Shown: positions 54,150 to 62,729 of the stretch, piece after piece
Numbering within the stretch: the first letter of the stretch is position 1
Layout: every line of letters begins with the position of its first letter
Origin: an uncultured bacterium
GTDB lineage: Bacteria > Patescibacteriota > Saccharimonadia > Saccharimonadales > 2-12-FULL-41-12
Direction: 5' to 3'
Length of the DNA stretch: 64,000 bases
Assembly (NCBI GenBank): GCA_963834265.1
Contig: CAWIAU010000001.1
Coordinates: forward strand, 135,572-199,571
Made by a program: the position numbers and the translations under genes
Notes under the pieces: model-generated
Seen by the model: the letters and a program-made list of their open reading frames with translations, nothing else
What the model was told of the DNA's origin: nothing
Databases searched by the model: none

Positions 54150-54430
54150 AATACAGTTTCGTTTCGACCCTGAAGGTCGCCCCAGCTTCCTTTTTGTGCC
54201 AACAAAAAGGAAGCGAAAAAATGGCAGGCAACGAAAAGATTCTTTATGATCTCATTGTCAAAGCCAACAATGTCCTGGACGACTCCTTCCAGTCGGCCTC
54301 ATTCTTTATTAATTCTCATAGAATGAACTCGGCTGATTCCAGAACCATTAATTGTAGTTTTGACACTCGCTCATCAGGAAGCTTTTCGGGCCTGAACGGG
54401 ATTCGTGGACTAAAGGATTTTATTATAATG
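54150..54430 (+). repeat. Structured intergenic repeat family, copy 3 (left inverted repeat of the nuclease cassette)
   Basis: Hairpin cttccttttt/aaaaaggaag at 54186-54213. The blocks CTTTATGATCTCATTGTC and GACACTCGCTCATCAGGAAGCTTTTCGGGCCTG are homologous to copies 2 and 4. It contains an 88-aa ORF (54194-54460) that I do not trust as coding. Confidence 0.7.
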
Positions 54431-54475
54431 ATGGAGATAGTATTATTAGGGGAAATCTAATCTGGAGTATTAAAC

Positions 54476-55171
54476 GTGGCTACAGACAGACAAATGACTG
54501 AACTGAAAGAGCGGATGAAAACTTATAAGCGCAAATACTTGCGTAAAGAATTTAATAGAGTTGATGAATCGGCAACTAGAATCATGGTTAATAGTTTTTT
54601 GACGGACGTGTTGGGCTACAAAGAACTTGAAGAAATTAAGACAGAGTTCAGAATTCGTGGGGAATATGCGGATTATGTCGTACAGCTGAAACGTAAAAAA
54701 CACTTTGTTATCGAAGTTAAGTCAATTCAGCTTGATCTAAATGATAAACACCTACGGCAAAGCCTAAATTATGCTGCTAATGAAGGAATTGACTGGATTG
54801 TCCTATTGAACGGACGGCAAGTTGAACTCTATCGAGTTAATTTTGGTAAACCAATCAGCAGTACATTGATTTACTCGATTGATTTAATGGATAAAGATGC
54901 TTTCAAAAAATGCCCAGATCAACTTTGGTATCTTACTAAAATCGCAGTGATTAAGGGTGAGTTAGAGGAATTTTGGAAACGTTCTAACGCCTTGCAGCTA
55001 GAAAATTTAGCAAAACTAATCTACTCCGAGGAAATAGTGCGAAAAATTAGAAATGACCTCAAAAATAAAACCGGAATTTATTTCCAGCTAGAAGATGTAT
55101 CAGCTGGTCTCTACGATGTAATAACTAGAAAAGTAGTTTTCTTAAAGCCTAAACTTCGTTCAAAGAAATAA
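54476..55171 (+). CDS. Type I restriction enzyme HsdR N-terminal domain-like (PD-(D/E)xK nuclease fold) stand-alone protein
   Basis: 231 aa with a GTG start and GGAG RBS. DESATRIMVNSFLTDVLGY ... ADYVV ... VIEVKS ... QSLNYA ... WIVLLNGRQVELYRV matches the HSDR_N pattern. Confidence 0.7.
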   Translation: MATDRQMTELKERMKTYKRKYLRKEFNRVDESATRIMVNSFLTDVLGYKELEEIKTEFRIRGEYADYVVQLKRKKHFVIEVKSIQLDLNDKHLRQSLNYAANEGIDWIVLLNGRQVELYRVNFGKPISSTLIYSIDLMDKDAFKKCPDQLWYLTKIAVIKGELEEFWKRSNALQLENLAKLIYSEEIVRKIRNDLKNKTGIYFQLEDVSAGLYDVITRKVVFLKPKLRSKK

Positions 55172-55560
55172 AATACTGAAGCTTCACGGGCTTTAACTAG
55201 CATTTGCCGGAACCGATTGGGTTCAAACAGTATGGCTTGAATCTTTAATCTCCAACAACTAATTTCTCCAATAATTAATTCAAAATTATCTTTAGTAATT
55301 TTTCCATGGATTGCCTCAGGCCTGAAGAGTTCCTGATGGACGAGTGCTAAAGGCACAATTATTAGCGAGATGCTGTTTGCAACTTGCCTTCCTTCAAGAT
55401 AATCAAGGCAAGCTAAGTTCATCGAGCATTGTGCTCTTTGGCAATGAAACCATAACGAACTTTTCAAGCCTGCGGCTCTTTTGCATACTTTTGCAGCTGC
55501 AGGTAAAAGTATGTCGAGTGGACTGCGAAGCAGGTCAATTGAAATACTTAATTAGAGAAA
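55172..55560 (-). repeat. Structured intergenic repeat family, copy 4 (right inverted repeat of the nuclease cassette)
   Basis: Read on the minus strand: head ATTTCAATTGACC, hairpin catactttt/aaaagtatg at 55484-55513, tail CCATGGAAAAATTACTAAAGATAATTTT, then ..CCCAATCGGTTCCGGCAA. Confidence 0.8.
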
Positions 55561-55562
55561 GT

Positions 55563-55970
55563 CTATTTCTTTTTGGCTGGGGCTTTTTTGGTTGCAGGTT
55601 TCTTAGCAGCAGGCTTTTTAACTGCAGGTTTCTTAGCAGCAGGCTTATCCTTGGCGGCTGGCTTTTTCTTGGCTGAGCTGGCAATCCTGGCAGCGCCAGC
55701 AGCCACGCTTACACCAGCTGCTATTTTGGCAGCCCGGGACAGTTGTTTCTTCTTGCGGGCGGCTTTGTTTTTATGAATCACATTCTTTTTGACTGCTTTG
55801 TCGATGGCGCTCTGAGCTTTTTTAAGCTCGGATGCTGTCTTTTTACCGCCTTTTGCAGCGGAGTGCAGGGCCTTTACCGCTGTTTTGAGATTGCGCCTGG
55901 TTTTGGCGTTGCGGGTTGTCGCCTTGAGAGCTGTCCGGACACGTTTTTTAGCTGATTTGATAATTGGCAT
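55563..55970 (-). CDS. rpsT: 30S ribosomal protein S20 with a Lys/Ala/Pro-rich C-terminal extension
   Basis: The N-terminal ~85 aa (MPIIKSAKKRVRTALKATTRNAKTRRNLKTAVKAL...) is S20. The C-terminal ~50 aa is AKKKPAAKDKPAAKKPAVKKPAAKKPATKKAPAKKK. Confidence 0.9.
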   Translation of the reverse strand: MPIIKSAKKRVRTALKATTRNAKTRRNLKTAVKALHSAAKGGKKTASELKKAQSAIDKAVKKNVIHKNKAARKKKQLSRAAKIAAGVSVAAGAARIASSAKKKPAAKDKPAAKKPAVKKPAAKKPATKKAPAKKK

Positions 55971-56161
55971 AGTACTTTATAATCCTTGCTTACCTTATTA
56001 ACATAAATTGTTTAATGATTTTACCACTGGTAATACACTATAAACTATCATTTTGATTATTGTAAATAAATCACTTTAAAAATACTAGACAACCTATAGA
56101 TTTCCGTGGTATTGTTAACCATAAGTTTCATATTTAAACAAAAATACAAAAAATAAACGGT

Positions 56162-57832
56162 ATGCCACCACAAGCTAACACCTCACAAGACCCCTTCGGA
56201 CAAATTGTTGACAAGTTAAAGTCGGCAAATAACGTATTGGTAACTGTTAGTAACAATCCCACTGTGGATCAGTTAGCCGCCTGCATCGGACTGACAGTAG
56301 CACTTAATAAGCTCGGCAAGCATGGTACCGCTGTTTACAGCGGCCGTACTCCATCGGTAATCGAATTCCTGGAGCCGGAAAAAACGCTGGAATCCAATAC
56401 CGACAGCCTGCGTGACTTTATCATTGCACTCGACAAGTCCAAGGCAGACAAATTACGATACAAAGTCGAAGACGAAGTAGTCAAAATCTTCATTACACCG
56501 TACAAAACAAGTATTGGAGAGAAAGATCTGGAATTCAGCCAAGGTGATTTCAATGTGGATGCGGTTCTGGCGCTCGGGGTACATCAAAGATCAGAGCTGG
56601 ATGAAGCAATTGTTTCACATGGACGGATTCTGCACGATGCTGCAATATTATCTATCAATACTTCGAGTCAGAATGAACTCGGATCAATAGATTGGAGCGA
56701 TGCAGGTGCCAGCAGCTTGTGCGAAATGGTCAGCGATATAGTCAACGAGCTTGGCAAGGATGCATTTGACCCTCAGATTGCTACAGCATTACTGACCGGA
56801 ATCGTAGCCGAGACAGATAGATTCAGTAATGAAAAAGCATCGCCCCACACTATGTCGGTGTCTGGTACATTGATGGCCGCCGGCGCAAGTTCCCAGCTGG
56901 TCGCCAGCAAGCTGGAGACTGCAGAGGGAGTATCCGAATCAATTCAGGACGACACGTCATCTGACCAGGATCAAATTACTGATCAGGAATCGAATCCGGA
57001 CGGAATGATCCAAATAGAGCACGATAATGAACCGGTAGCGGATCTCCCTGAGGTTCAGGACTTGTCTGCATCAGAGCCTATGTCTGTTCCCGAATCAACA
57101 CCAGAGGCAGAAAACGATATACATAACGAGATACATTTTGATGAGCGTGACGCTTTAAAGCCGCTCGAAGATAGTCCGTCATCAGAACCATCATCCCGGG
57201 AACATAGTAAGCCTGACGGGTCGTCGACCAGTATGATTATGGACCCACCGCAGTTCGGGGGTCAGCTCACAGCCAATAGCGTAAATACTGATTATCAGGA
57301 ACCTGCCAGTATAGATCCACTGGGAGTGCAGCCATCGGAGTTACCAATATTGTCGCGTAACTCTCCTCCGGCTGATTCTCCGGATCCCTACATTCCGACT
57401 CCGGTCAGTGATCCCCCGCAAACAAAATCTCCGGTTCCCCCCATAAACGATAAACAAACACTGAGTGAGATTGAAAAGGCAGTCGACAGCGCTCATCTTA
57501 AAAATCAGCCTGCACAATCCGGTCCGGCGTCGCCAGTAGACGAACTTCGTCAGGAGGTAGAGCAGGCTGCTAACATGACAACCTTTCAGCCGGAGCCGAT
57601 CGCAGCGTTAAATGCTCAGGACTTCGGACTGGACCTTGGTCACGGGAAGCCTGCATCTGAAACTGAGACCACTAAGCCGGAAGACCAGAATCAGGGGGTC
57701 ACTTCTCTGCCTCCGGTAACTAACACATCCGACGAAGACACAATAGAAAGCATTCTGGGCAAAAATAATAGCAAGAGCAATAGTTCACCTCCGCCCCCCG
57801 TGCCTCCACCTATGATGCCGCCGCCTGTCTAG
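56162..57832 (+). CDS. DHH-family (NrnA-like) domain protein with degenerate catalytic motifs and a long Pro/Ser/Asp-rich disordered C-terminal half
   Basis: 556 aa. The ATALLTGIVAETDRFSNEKASPHT segment resembles the DHHA1-proximal NrnA motif. The N-terminal H-x-PDGD motif is replaced by SNNPTVD. Confidence 0.45.
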   Translation: MPPQANTSQDPFGQIVDKLKSANNVLVTVSNNPTVDQLAACIGLTVALNKLGKHGTAVYSGRTPSVIEFLEPEKTLESNTDSLRDFIIALDKSKADKLRYKVEDEVVKIFITPYKTSIGEKDLEFSQGDFNVDAVLALGVHQRSELDEAIVSHGRILHDAAILSINTSSQNELGSIDWSDAGASSLCEMVSDIVNELGKDAFDPQIATALLTGIVAETDRFSNEKASPHTMSVSGTLMAAGASSQLVASKLETAEGVSESIQDDTSSDQDQITDQESNPDGMIQIEHDNEPVADLPEVQDLSASEPMSVPESTPEAENDIHNEIHFDERDALKPLEDSPSSEPSSREHSKPDGSSTSMIMDPPQFGGQLTANSVNTDYQEPASIDPLGVQPSELPILSRNSPPADSPDPYIPTPVSDPPQTKSPVPPINDKQTLSEIEKAVDSAHLKNQPAQSGPASPVDELRQEVEQAANMTTFQPEPIAALNAQDFGLDLGHGKPASETETTKPEDQNQGVTSLPPVTNTSDEDTIESILGKNNSKSNSSPPPPVPPPMMPPPV

Positions 57833-57847
57833 AGTGAGTTACAATGG

Positions 57848-58123
57848 TTGAATATGTTAGAAGTTATCACTACTATTGTCGGGTCGTTAATGGGTCTGAG
57901 TTTTTTGCCACAGGCCTGGAGAATTTATAAATTTAAGAGGTCAGAAGAAGTATCACTGGTTACCTATGCATTCATTTTGTTCGGCGCTTCGGTCTGGATA
58001 GTCTATGGGGTAAGTAAAAGCGACATAGTGCTGATTATCTCGAATATTTGTGGGCTGATTGGCTGTAGCACTGTGCTGATTGCTACTTTGTACTACCGAA
58101 AGCCCGCGAAAAATGAATTTTGA
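57848..58123 (+). CDS. SemiSWEET / PQ-loop family transporter
   Basis: 91 aa with three TM helices and the LPQ motif in TM1 (GLSFLPQAWRIYK). Confidence 0.75.
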   Translation: MNMLEVITTIVGSLMGLSFLPQAWRIYKFKRSEEVSLVTYAFILFGASVWIVYGVSKSDIVLIISNICGLIGCSTVLIATLYYRKPAKNEF

Positions 58124-58790
58124 CGGAATTTTATTGATTGATAAGCCGGCCAAATGGACGGCGCACGACGTAGTAGCCAAAATACGTGGAATACTCACGA
58201 AAGAAGCTGGTCGCAAGGTTAAAGTGGGACACACCGGCACGTTAGATCCTCTGGCCACGGGCCTGATGATCATAGTCGCGGGCAGCTATTGCAAACAGGC
58301 CGAGCAGTTCAGCAAGCTGGACAAAACATATGAAGTGACGATGAAACTAGGCCAGACCAGCACAACTGGTGATGAAGAAGGGGAGAAAACTGTCATTAAT
58401 ACTCACAAACCAGCCATCAGTGAGATTAATATAGCTCTGGAGCAATTCACCGGAGAGATTATGCAGACACCACCGATATATTCGGCGATCAAAGTTGACG
58501 GCCAACGGGCATACAAACTAGCCCGGGAGGGCAAGGAAGTAAAGTTGGAACCCCGAAAAGTTACCATATACGGTATAGAATTAATAAATTACGCTTATCC
58601 TATGGTCAAATTCACGACCAAAGTATCGTCAGGCACCTATATCCGTTCATTAGTAGAGGATATAGGACAAAAATTAGGCACAGGAGCCTACATGAGCGAC
58701 CTCAACCGTACAACGGTTGGTCAGTATAAAATAGAAGAATCTATAAAAGTAACAGATGTAACTATTGACAGAATAACAAAAACTTGCTAG
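58113..58790 (+). CDS. truB: tRNA pseudouridine(55) synthase
   Basis: Start is moved to ATG 58113 (MNFDGILLIDKPAKWTAHDVV). The catalytic motif GHTGTLDPLATGLMII is present. Confidence 0.92.
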   Translation: MNFDGILLIDKPAKWTAHDVVAKIRGILTKEAGRKVKVGHTGTLDPLATGLMIIVAGSYCKQAEQFSKLDKTYEVTMKLGQTSTTGDEEGEKTVINTHKPAISEINIALEQFTGEIMQTPPIYSAIKVDGQRAYKLAREGKEVKLEPRKVTIYGIELINYAYPMVKFTTKVSSGTYIRSLVEDIGQKLGTGAYMSDLNRTTVGQYKIEESIKVTDVTIDRITKTC

Positions 58791-58793
58791 AAT

Positions 58794-59279
58794 ATGATCA
58801 TGAAATTATTTAAACCAAAACAACAAACAATTTCTGATGAATTAGCTGCTATGCAGGCCGAAACGGATGACCCGATACTTCCCACAGTGAAAGCAGAAGT
58901 AAGAAAAACTAAACATCAGACAGTAGCTACCTGGGCTACTATAGGAACACTGGCTGCAGGAGTAGTTGCTCATGCACTTGGCGGTAACGGAGAATCCGGA
59001 AAACAGCCGGCGCAACAAGAGGGCAGTCCGACTCCTCCGGTTTATAGCGAACCATCGAAAGGTGCTGAACCTGCTCCGTCTGCTCACGGTACTGAGTATC
59101 AGCCTGTCGTCCCAACTTCTGCGCCACTGAAAGGTGCTGAACCTGTTGCTCCGGATACTCCGGATAATAGTACTCATCGTAATGAGTTCCAGCCTGCCGT
59201 GCCTATGTCTACACCTGCGCCTGCTCTTCCTCCTACGCCCGCACCCCCTACTCCTGTGATGCCAGCGCATGGCAATTAG
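58794..59279 (+). CDS. Hypothetical membrane-anchored Pro-rich protein (161 aa)
   Basis: One TM (VATWATIGTLAAGVVAHAL), then repeated ..KGAEP(A/V)..(E)YQPVVP.. units. Confidence 0.5.
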   Translation: MIMKLFKPKQQTISDELAAMQAETDDPILPTVKAEVRKTKHQTVATWATIGTLAAGVVAHALGGNGESGKQPAQQEGSPTPPVYSEPSKGAEPAPSAHGTEYQPVVPTSAPLKGAEPVAPDTPDNSTHRNEFQPAVPMSTPAPALPPTPAPPTPVMPAHGN

Positions 59280-59330
59280 TAATCAGTATCTTGCGTAACA
59301 GATTGAGTTGTGCTACAGTATGACCAGCAT

Positions 59331-59612
59331 ATGATTACTAGTGAGAAAAAGGCGACTATTGTCGCCGAACTGGCAAAAGACAAAAAGAACACCGGCAGTC
59401 CTGCTGCACAAGTCGGTATATTGACTGCGCGTATTCAGGAACTGACCGAGCATCTCAAGATCAATAAGAAAGATTTTGCGGCCCGCCGCGGCTTATTACA
59501 GATGGTTGGTAAGCGCAAGCGACTGCTTCGCTACATCGCAGACAGAGACAGTAAAGCGTACATTGATCTTATACAAAAGCTTGGCATTCGCGCAAGCAAG
59601 CCAAAAAGCTGA
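59331..59612 (+). CDS. rpsO: 30S ribosomal protein S15
   Basis: Start is moved to ATG 59331. GSPAAQVGILTARIQELTEHLKINKKDFAARRGLLQMVGKRKRLLRY. Confidence 0.92.
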   Translation: MITSEKKATIVAELAKDKKNTGSPAAQVGILTARIQELTEHLKINKKDFAARRGLLQMVGKRKRLLRYIADRDSKAYIDLIQKLGIRASKPKS

Positions 59613-59782
59613 CCCCCTGGTTTTGTACATTTCGCTGTTGCAGGCGAATTGAGTAAGACCAGAGAGTTAGCCGGGACTCTCGGAACTGGTTCTATAAAAC
59701 TAAGAGAATTTCGCCGTCGTGGAAGCAGCTATCCTGAAGGGATATCTGAACCATGCAGGCGAAAGAGAGGAATAATATATAA

Positions 59783-61915
59783 ATGAGTACCATCAATCCC
59801 GCTGGTAAAGAGATAGTAAAGGTAAGTACTGAGTTCTGTGGGCGGACGTTAACACTGGAGGTCGGCCGCGTCGGCTTCCGCAGTAGTGCCAGCGTCATGG
59901 TGCGCTACGGTGACGCGGTTGTGCTGGGCACAGCCATGGTTGGTAGCAAGCCGCTTCAGGGCTTCGATTATTTCCCCTTATCGATTGATTATGAAGAAAA
60001 GATGTATGCCGCCGGCAAGATCAGCGGCAGCCGCTTCATCAAGCGTGAAGGCCGTCCCAGCGATGACTCTATATTAATCGGCCGTTTGATTGACCGCCCG
60101 ATTCGCCCGCTCTGGCCAAAAGGTTACCGCCACGAAGTTCAGGGAGTTGCTACCGTACTGAGCGTGGACCCGGCATTTCGTCCGGACATGATTGCCATGC
60201 TTGCTATGAGCACGGCCTTTATGCTGACTGGTGCTCCGTTCGAGGGCCCGATCGCCGGCGTGCGTGTCGGTATGGTGGATGGCAAATATGTACCATTTGC
60301 GACCGCTGAACAACTGCAGGATGGCAAACTTGACCTTGTCGTAGCCGGAACGCAGGACGCCATAATGATGGTAGAAGCCGGTGCCAACGAAGTAACGGAG
60401 GACGAAGTCGCCGCAGCTCTGGAATTTGCCCACAAAGCTATTCAGCCGGCTATCGCACTGCAGCAGGAACTTCTGAGTAAGATCAAAGTCACCAAACAGG
60501 AATATACACTGGATCTGCCCGATGAATCCGTCCAGAAGCTTGCTGACGAATGGACAAAGGGCAAGCTCGGTGAAGCTCTGCATGCTCCGTATCCGGAACG
60601 CAATGAGCTGGTCACGAGTTTGCGTGATGCTTATCACATATTTATAGAAGAAAAACTAGGTGAAGACTATAATGTACACCGAACTGCCTACGACGAAGCC
60701 TTCACTAAAGCTCTGCACAAGGATGTTCGTAGAGGGATCATTGAGAAGAATATCCGTCCGGACGGACGCAAACTCGACGAAGTACGCCAGCTATCCAGTG
60801 AAGTCGGCATATTGCCGAGAACTCATGGATCCAGCCTGTTTACACGCGGCCTGACACAGGCTATGAACATTGTCACACTGGCACCACTCAGTTTTGCTCA
60901 GATGATCGATACTATGGAACGCAGCGAAGAAAAACGCTATTTCCACCATTATAACGCGCCTGGTTACACCGTCGGTGAAATAAAACGCCTCGGCAGCCCC
61001 GGTCGCCGCGAAATCGGCCACAGTGCACTTGCCGAGCGGGCAATGACCGCCGTGTTACCCGGCGAAGCAGATTTCCCATATGCCATACGATCTGTTACCG
61101 AAATTATGAGTCAAAATGGTAGTACCAGTATGGCTGCCACCTGTTCCTCGACACTGGCACTCATGGATGCCGGCGTTCCTCTGAAGCGTCCGGTGAGTGG
61201 TATTGCTATGGGTCTGATGCTCGGCGAAGATGGCAAACCATATATCCTGACTGATATTGCCGATGCCGAGGATTTCGCCGGAGACATGGACTTCAAGGTT
61301 ACCGGCACAAGCGAGGGTATAACAGCTTTGCAGATGGATATGAAAGTTCACGGATTACCGCCGGAAATTCTTAAGCAGGCTTTACTTGAGGGTCGCAAAG
61401 GACGCATGAAAATTCTGGAGCATATGATCAGTGTTATGCCGTTGCCACGAGCTGAGTTGAGCCAGTATGCGCCGCAGGTTGTCGGAATCAGCATTAATCC
61501 TGACAAAATCCGCGAAGTTATCGGCAAGGGCGGCGAAACTATCAACAGAATCATTGCTGAAACCGGCGCCGAAATCGACATCAAAGACGACGGTACGGTT
61601 ATGATCGCCAGCCCCGACAAGACCAGCATCGATGCCGCTATTGCCATGGTTCAGGCTATCACCGCCGAGGCAGAAGTCGGTAAAATCTACGAGAATGTAC
61701 CAGTGGTAAGTGTGATGGACTTCGGTGCATTCGTTACAATCATGCCAGGCAAAGACGGCTTAGTGCATGTGTCTGAAATGAGCGAGGAAAGGGTTAATAA
61801 GCCAAGCGATGTCGTTAAAGAGGGCGACCTGGTCACAGTCAAACTGGTTGCTATCGATGATCGCGGCCGCCTGCAACTGAGCATGAAAGCAGCAGCCCGC
61901 GATAAAAACGCGTAA
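59783..61915 (+). CDS. pnp: Polyribonucleotide nucleotidyltransferase (PNPase)
   Basis: 710 aa. Two RNase PH domains, then KH (GKGGETINRI) and S1 (GKIYENVPVVSVMDFGAFV) domains. Confidence 0.96.
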   Translation: MSTINPAGKEIVKVSTEFCGRTLTLEVGRVGFRSSASVMVRYGDAVVLGTAMVGSKPLQGFDYFPLSIDYEEKMYAAGKISGSRFIKREGRPSDDSILIGRLIDRPIRPLWPKGYRHEVQGVATVLSVDPAFRPDMIAMLAMSTAFMLTGAPFEGPIAGVRVGMVDGKYVPFATAEQLQDGKLDLVVAGTQDAIMMVEAGANEVTEDEVAAALEFAHKAIQPAIALQQELLSKIKVTKQEYTLDLPDESVQKLADEWTKGKLGEALHAPYPERNELVTSLRDAYHIFIEEKLGEDYNVHRTAYDEAFTKALHKDVRRGIIEKNIRPDGRKLDEVRQLSSEVGILPRTHGSSLFTRGLTQAMNIVTLAPLSFAQMIDTMERSEEKRYFHHYNAPGYTVGEIKRLGSPGRREIGHSALAERAMTAVLPGEADFPYAIRSVTEIMSQNGSTSMAATCSSTLALMDAGVPLKRPVSGIAMGLMLGEDGKPYILTDIADAEDFAGDMDFKVTGTSEGITALQMDMKVHGLPPEILKQALLEGRKGRMKILEHMISVMPLPRAELSQYAPQVVGISINPDKIREVIGKGGETINRIIAETGAEIDIKDDGTVMIASPDKTSIDAAIAMVQAITAEAEVGKIYENVPVVSVMDFGAFVTIMPGKDGLVHVSEMSEERVNKPSDVVKEGDLVTVKLVAIDDRGRLQLSMKAAARDKNA

Positions 61916-61928
61916 ACAAGGGGAAAAT

Positions 61929-62132
61929 ATGAATTATTCCATAGCAAATCTAAATAAAAAGCACCTGCTGAGCATTGCTGTAATAAGTCTGACTGCCGCT
62001 TACCTGATCGGATCGCGGGCTCTTGACACCGGCAGCCTGTGGCAGTATCTGCTCTCATTTATTCTGGTAATTGTGAGTATCCGATACTTTATAAGGACTA
62101 TCATAAAAAACCATCGTGGCCATAAAAACTAA
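61929..62132 (+). CDS. Small hypothetical membrane protein (67 aa)
   Basis: Two hydrophobic helices. Overlaps the udg start by 17 nt. Confidence 0.4.
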   Translation: MNYSIANLNKKHLLSIAVISLTAAYLIGSRALDTGSLWQYLLSFILVIVSIRYFIRTIIKNHRGHKN

Positions 62133-62709
62133 AAAAGCTCTTCTTGAGCAGATTAAGGCAGATATTATCGGGCAAAATATCTGCCCGGATTTGGCCAGGA
62201 CAGCCACGAACCTTGTCATGAGCAGGGGCAATCCCGATGCCGAAGTCGTATTTATCGGAGAAGCTCCGGGGAAAAACGAAGATCTGCAGGCTAAGCCCTT
62301 TGTGGGGGCAGCCGGCAAGTTCCTGGACGAAATGCTGCGTGGTATCAATCTGACGATTAAAGATGTATATATCACCAATATCGTTAAGTACCGGCCACCC
62401 GGCAATCGTGATCCGCTGCCGAAGGAAAAGAGGGCTTTCTGGCCGTTTCTCGTTACTGAATTACATTGCATCGGACCTAAAATACTGGTGACTTTGGGAC
62501 GACACAGCATGGAATATTTCCTGCCGGGCAAAAAAATTACCGACATTCACGGGCAGCCCAAACGCATCACGTTTGGCAGCCAAAAACTGGTAATATTGCC
62601 GCTATATCATCCGGCAGCTGCGCTATATAACGGAAATCTAAAGGAAACTCTGATCGAAGATTTCGCGGCAATTCCGGTTATTTTAAAGAAATTAAATCAA
62701 ATAAATTAA
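62116..62709 (+). CDS. Uracil-DNA glycosylase, family 4
   Basis: 197 aa. GEAPGKNEDLQAKPFVGAAGKFLDEML and HPAAALY motifs. Confidence 0.88.
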   Translation: MAIKTKKALLEQIKADIIGQNICPDLARTATNLVMSRGNPDAEVVFIGEAPGKNEDLQAKPFVGAAGKFLDEMLRGINLTIKDVYITNIVKYRPPGNRDPLPKEKRAFWPFLVTELHCIGPKILVTLGRHSMEYFLPGKKITDIHGQPKRITFGSQKLVILPLYHPAAALYNGNLKETLIEDFAAIPVILKKLNQIN

Positions 62710-62729
62710 GAATTAATAAGGAAACCTAA

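Noticed and set aside
54194-54460. 88-aa ORF (or 79 aa from ATG 54221) inside repeat copy 3 as a real small gene upstream of the nuclease-like ORF
   Set aside because: The homologous stretches in copies 2 and 4 carry stops and frameshifting indels in that frame, and the ATG is not conserved. It is kept only as a remark inside the repeat feature.
47026-55560. Repeat copies as template/variable repeats of a diversity-generating retroelement, or as integron attC sites
   Set aside because: Differences between copies are not adenine-specific, the copies lie outside ORFs, and no reverse transcriptase is present. The hairpins are perfect short stems without the R''-L''/L'-R' attC architecture, and no integrase or attI is in the window.
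55563-55700. Short tandem DNA repeats as a CRISPR-like or minisatellite array
   Set aside because: There are only two imperfect units, without unique spacers, and they lie inside the rpsT reading frame, where they encode the AKKP tail.
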